Below the pieces are notes generated by a model that searched no databases, was not told the DNA's origin, and saw nothing but the letters and a program-made list of their open reading frames with translations. 34,185 bases of DNA. Origin: Eubacteriales bacterium (lineage in GTDB: Bacteria > Bacillota > Clostridia > Oscillospirales > CAG-272). This document shows, piece after piece, positions 31,344-34,185 of this stretch. Made by a program: the position numbers and the translations under genes. Position 1 is the first letter of the stretch. Each line of letters begins with the position of its first letter. The DNA is taken from contig JAZSMC010000107.1 in NCBI GenBank assembly GCA_045535705.1, positions 1 to 34,185 of the forward strand. Direction: 5' to 3'.

Positions 31344-31370
31344 ATCCCGTACGGGATCCGTTTGATTTTG
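31344..31370 (+). terminator. Intrinsic terminator after the symporter gene
   Basis: ATCCCGTACGGGAT hairpin followed by CCGTTTGATTTTG. Confidence 0.55.
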
Positions 31371-31507
31371 GGATTTTCAAAGGCGGCGTTGCGCGGCGAA
31401 AGCTGCGGGGCGCCGCCCTTTCTCGTGCTTGTACGAGGATGAAAATTGCGTTTTGCTAAATAATGTAGAAAAAGGGAAAAGTTTTGCAAAGGAATCTGCA
31501 AAAAGTA

Positions 31508-31536
31508 TTGACAAAAACACGCGTTTGTGATATAAT
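31508..31536 (+). promoter_or_regulatory. Sigma-A type promoter of the pyr operon
   Basis: TTGACA (31508-31513), 17-nt spacer, TATAAT (31531-31536). Confidence 0.65.
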
Positions 31537-31570
31537 AATCGGTAGAACAAATTACAATGCAATTTTTAAG

Positions 31571-31692
31571 TTGGTACAGAGATGCCGGCAAGATTGAAAG
31601 CAAAGTGACAGAACCGTATCTGCGCGTAAAACCGCAGGTGCGCCGTTTTTGCGAATCGTTTGTGAGATCTTGCCCATCGGCAAGATTTTTTT
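31571..31692 (+). promoter_or_regulatory. PyrR-dependent transcription attenuator (binding loop, antiterminator, terminator)
   Basis: A PyrR-box-like UUGGUACAGAGAUGCCGGCAAG is present. GGCAAGAT occurs twice (31587-31594 and 31679-31686). Both copies are complementary to ATCTTGCC (31667-31674), which gives mutually exclusive antiterminator and terminator helices. The terminator is followed by TTTTTTT. Confidence 0.75.
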
Positions 31693-31708
31693 GTTGCGAG
31701 GAACAGAT

Positions 31709-32269
31709 GTGATTTTAAGAACGAAGATCATGGATGAAGCCACCGTCAACCGTACCATGGCGAGGATCACCCACGAGGTTCTGGAACGGAACCAGGGTGT
31801 GGATCACCTTTGCGTGCTTGGCATCCGTAGGCGGGGCGTGCCCTTGGCGGAGATGCTTTGTCGGAACATTCAGCGGTTTGAAGGGGTGTCGGTCCCCATG
31901 GGAGTCTTGGATATTACCGCCAGGCGGGACGATCTGAGCGAGGACGAGAAGCGGTGCAGAACGCGGCACTCGGAGATCCCCTTCGATCTGACCGATAAAA
32001 CGGTGATCCTGGTGGACGACGTCCTGTTTACGGGAAGGAGCGCCCGCGCCGCCATTGAAACGGTGTTCGGCTTTGGCAGACCAAAGGCGCTTCAGTTGGT
32101 GGTGCTGGTGGACAGAGGGCACAGAGAATTGCCCATCCGTCCCGATTACGTTGGAAAGAACGTGCCAACTGCAAGGAATGAAAGCATAGCCGTTCGACTT
32201 TCGGAGATCGACGGCGAAACTGCCGTGTATATCGGCGATAACGACGAGGAACAGAAAGGAAGGATTTGA
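31709..32269 (+). CDS. pyrR: Bifunctional pyr mRNA-binding attenuation protein/uracil phosphoribosyltransferase
   Basis: 186 aa from the GTG at 31709, after a GAGGAA RBS. ILRTKIMDEATVNRTMARITHEVLERNQG aligns with PyrR N-termini. PRPP-binding motif VILVDDVLFTGRSARAA. Confidence 0.9.
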   Translation: MILRTKIMDEATVNRTMARITHEVLERNQGVDHLCVLGIRRRGVPLAEMLCRNIQRFEGVSVPMGVLDITARRDDLSEDEKRCRTRHSEIPFDLTDKTVILVDDVLFTGRSARAAIETVFGFGRPKALQLVVLVDRGHRELPIRPDYVGKNVPTARNESIAVRLSEIDGETAVYIGDNDEEQKGRI

Positions 32270-32270
32270 A

Positions 32271-33488
32271 ATGAACAGCAATACGACCTACGTTTCGATG
32301 ATCCGGGATGAAAAGATCCAAGCGTCTGCGGTGCAGTGTTTGACCGAGCAGGGTTTTTTGACTGTTCCCGAAAAGCAATATTTGATCTTTCCCGGCTTTT
32401 GCGACGTGCACGTGCATCTTCGTGAGCCGGGTTTTTCGTATAAGGAAACGGTGCGGACGGGAACCATGGCGGCGGCAAGAGGCGGTTATACCGCCGTTTG
32501 CTCCATGCCGAATTTAATCCCGCCGCCCGATAGTCTTGAGGGGCTGAAGCCCCAAGCCGACGCCATTGCGCGGGATGCCGTGATCGAGGTCCGTCCCTAC
32601 GGAACCATCACCAAAGGTCAGATGGGGGAGGAGCCTTCGGATATGGACGCCTTGGCACCGATGGTCTGCGGATTTTCGGACGACGGCAGAGGCGTGCAGA
32701 CCGACGACCTGATGAGAGAAGCCATGGTCAAGGCAAAGCAGCTTGGAAAGATGATCGTGGCGCATTGCGAGGTGAACGATCTGCTCCACGGCGGCTATAT
32801 ACACGACGGGGCTTACGCCAAAGCCCACGGACATCGGGGTATTTGCAGCGCCAGTGAATATTTGCAGATCCGGAGAGATCTGGAATTGGTTCGGGAAACG
32901 GGATGCAGCTATCACGTTTGCCATATCTCTGCCAAGGAGAGCGTGGCGTTGATCCGTCAGGCGAAGGCGGAGGGCTTGGACGTGACCTGCGAAACGGGCC
33001 CCCATTATCTGATCCTGTCCGACGCGGATCTGCGGGAGGAAGGAAGATTCAAGATGAATCCCCCCTTGCGTGACGAATCGGATCGGCAAGCGCTTCTGGA
33101 AGGGATCCTGGACGGCACGATCGACATGATCGCTACCGATCACGCCCCTCACGGCGCAGAGGAAAAATCAAGAGGACTGGAAAAGAGCCCCTTCGGGATC
33201 GTGGGATTGGAAACCGCGTTTCCCTTGCTGTACACCGAGTTTGTGAAAAAAGGGATCTTGTCCCTTGAAAAGCTGACCGATCTGCTCTGCAACAATCCGC
33301 GGCGGCGGTTCGGGATCCCCGTGGGAACCGATTTCACCGTGTTTGAGGTCAGTGAGCCGTATAAGATCGATCCCGCGGAGTTTTGCTCCATGGGAAAAGC
33401 CACTCCCTTTACGGGATGGGAGGTTTACGGCAGATGTGTTCTGACGGTACACAACGGAAAAACCGTCTGGTCGGAAATTCAGAAGTGA
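32271..33488 (+). CDS. pyrC: Dihydroorotase
   Basis: 405 aa. Metal-binding [17 protein letters not shown] and the rest of the amidohydrolase core. Confidence 0.92.
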   Translation: MNSNTTYVSMIRDEKIQASAVQCLTEQGFLTVPEKQYLIFPGFCDVHVHLREPGFSYKETVRTGTMAAARGGYTAVCSMPNLIPPPDSLEGLKPQADAIARDAVIEVRPYGTITKGQMGEEPSDMDALAPMVCGFSDDGRGVQTDDLMREAMVKAKQLGKMIVAHCEVNDLLHGGYIHDGAYAKAHGHRGICSASEYLQIRRDLELVRETGCSYHVCHISAKESVALIRQAKAEGLDVTCETGPHYLILSDADLREEGRFKMNPPLRDESDRQALLEGILDGTIDMIATDHAPHGAEEKSRGLEKSPFGIVGLETAFPLLYTEFVKKGILSLEKLTDLLCNNPRRRFGIPVGTDFTVFEVSEPYKIDPAEFCSMGKATPFTGWEVYGRCVLTVHNGKTVWSEIQK

Positions 33489-33532
33489 TGAAAAACTGTG
33501 AGAAACAAAAGGATATATTGGAGGACAAAGCA

Positions 33533-34185
33533 ATGCCAAAAAGAACGGATTTAAAGAAGATTATGATCATCGGATCGGGCCCCATCGTCATCGGACAGGC
33601 TGCCGAATTCGACTACGCGGGAACCCAGGCGTGTCTTGCGCTGAAAGAGGAAGGCTACGAGGTGGTGCTTTGCAACTCCAACCCCGCAACCATTATGACC
33701 GACACTTCCATCGCGGATAAGGTTTACATGGAACCCTTGACGCTGGAGTATATCGCGAAGATCCTGCGGTACGAAAGACCGAACGCCATCATCCCCGGTA
33801 TCGGCGGACAGACGGGCTTGAACCTCGCCATGCAGCTGGAGAAGAAGGGCGTTCTCACGGAATGTCAGGTAGAACTGCTGGGAACCAGCAGCGCCAGCAT
33901 TGAGCAGGCAGAGGACAGAGAAATGTTCAAGGAGCTTTGCCAAGCCATCGGCGAGCCTACCATTCCATCTGAGATCACCTATTCTCTGGACGAGGCAAAG
34001 GTGGCAGCGGAGCATATCGGCTATCCCGTTGTATTGCGTCCTGCGTTTACCCTTGGCGGAACGGGCGGCGGATTCGCCAACAACGAGGAAGAATTGATCG
34101 AGATCGGGATGAACGCGTTCAAGCTCTCTCCCGTTCACCAGGTGTTGATCGAAAAGAGCGTAAAGGGCTTTAAGAAGATCGAGTT
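33533..34185 (+). CDS. carB: Carbamoyl-phosphate synthase large subunit, N-terminal part (continues beyond the window)
   Basis: The ATG at 33533 follows [63 protein letters not shown] is the canonical CarB N-terminus. The frame is open to the window end, so it is absent from the ORF track. Confidence 0.92.
   Translation, partial: MPKRTDLKKIMIIGSGPIVIGQAAEFDYAGTQACLALKEEGYEVVLCNSNPATIMTDTSIADKVYMEPLTLEYIAKILRYERPNAIIPGIGGQTGLNLAMQLEKKGVLTECQVELLGTSSASIEQAEDREMFKELCQAIGEPTIPSEITYSLDEAKVAAEHIGYPVVLRPAFTLGGTGGGFANNEEELIEIGMNAFKLSPVHQVLIEKSVKGFKKIE

Noticed and set aside
28648-31603. 472-aa and 504-aa minus-strand ORFs (28648..30066 and 30089..31603)
   Set aside because: They are antisense to the acyltransferase and GltS-like genes. 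The products are His/Arg/Gln-rich with no motifs, and the second runs through the pyr promoter.

Overview
The window appears to come from a spore-forming Firmicute, probably Clostridia-like. This is inferred from spoVAD/spoVAE, GGAGG-type ribosome-binding sites (RBS) and Firmicute-type riboswitches; no database search was possible. It has two parts.

(1) About 1-7.95 kb is a visibly AT-rich accessory island; G+C was judged by eye, not computed. Minus-strand tRNA units bound it: a truncated tRNA-Ser(GGA) at the left edge, and tRNA-fMet plus tRNA-Leu(UAA) on the right. The island carries:
- a membrane-protein/lipoprotein operon behind a terminator-containing leader;
- an SGNH/GDSL hydrolase;
- an ORF-free, highly structured module: a tandem mini-hairpin array plus a tRNA-fMet-derived element ending in CCA;
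- a three-gene BcgI-like (Type IIB) restriction-modification (RM) cassette. It consists of a 57-aa ribbon-helix-helix (RHH) gene missed by the ORF track, a nuclease-methyltransferase fusion and a short-spacer specificity subunit.

A ~40-bp repeat resembling a tRNA 3' half separates the island modules. Inverted ~100-bp arms that include a copy of the tRNA-fMet 3' end bracket the RM cassette. No integrase or transposase is visible.

(2) About 8-34 kb is G+C-rich core genome:
- ackA, rsmA, and tRNA-Thr(CGU) followed by a second mini-hairpin array;
- spoVAD-spoVAE, an SH3b lipoprotein, an orphan RHH gene, mrnC, a cyclophilin, and an Lrp/AsnC regulator with an aminotransferase;
- cca, preQ1-I riboswitch-queT, and a THF riboswitch ahead of a fused folT-folC gene;
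- rubrerythrin, a 1197-aa surface protein, birA, an RluA-family synthase, an alpha/beta hydrolase, an acyltransferase and a gltS-like symporter;
- a PyrR-attenuated pyrR-pyrC-carB unit, with carB running off the right edge.

Many long ORFs in the track are antisense shadows of these G+C-rich genes and were rejected.

The items most worth follow-up are the two homologous mini-hairpin arrays, the cassette-like repeat architecture of the island, the inverted arms around the RM cassette, and the RHH-controlled BcgI-like system.
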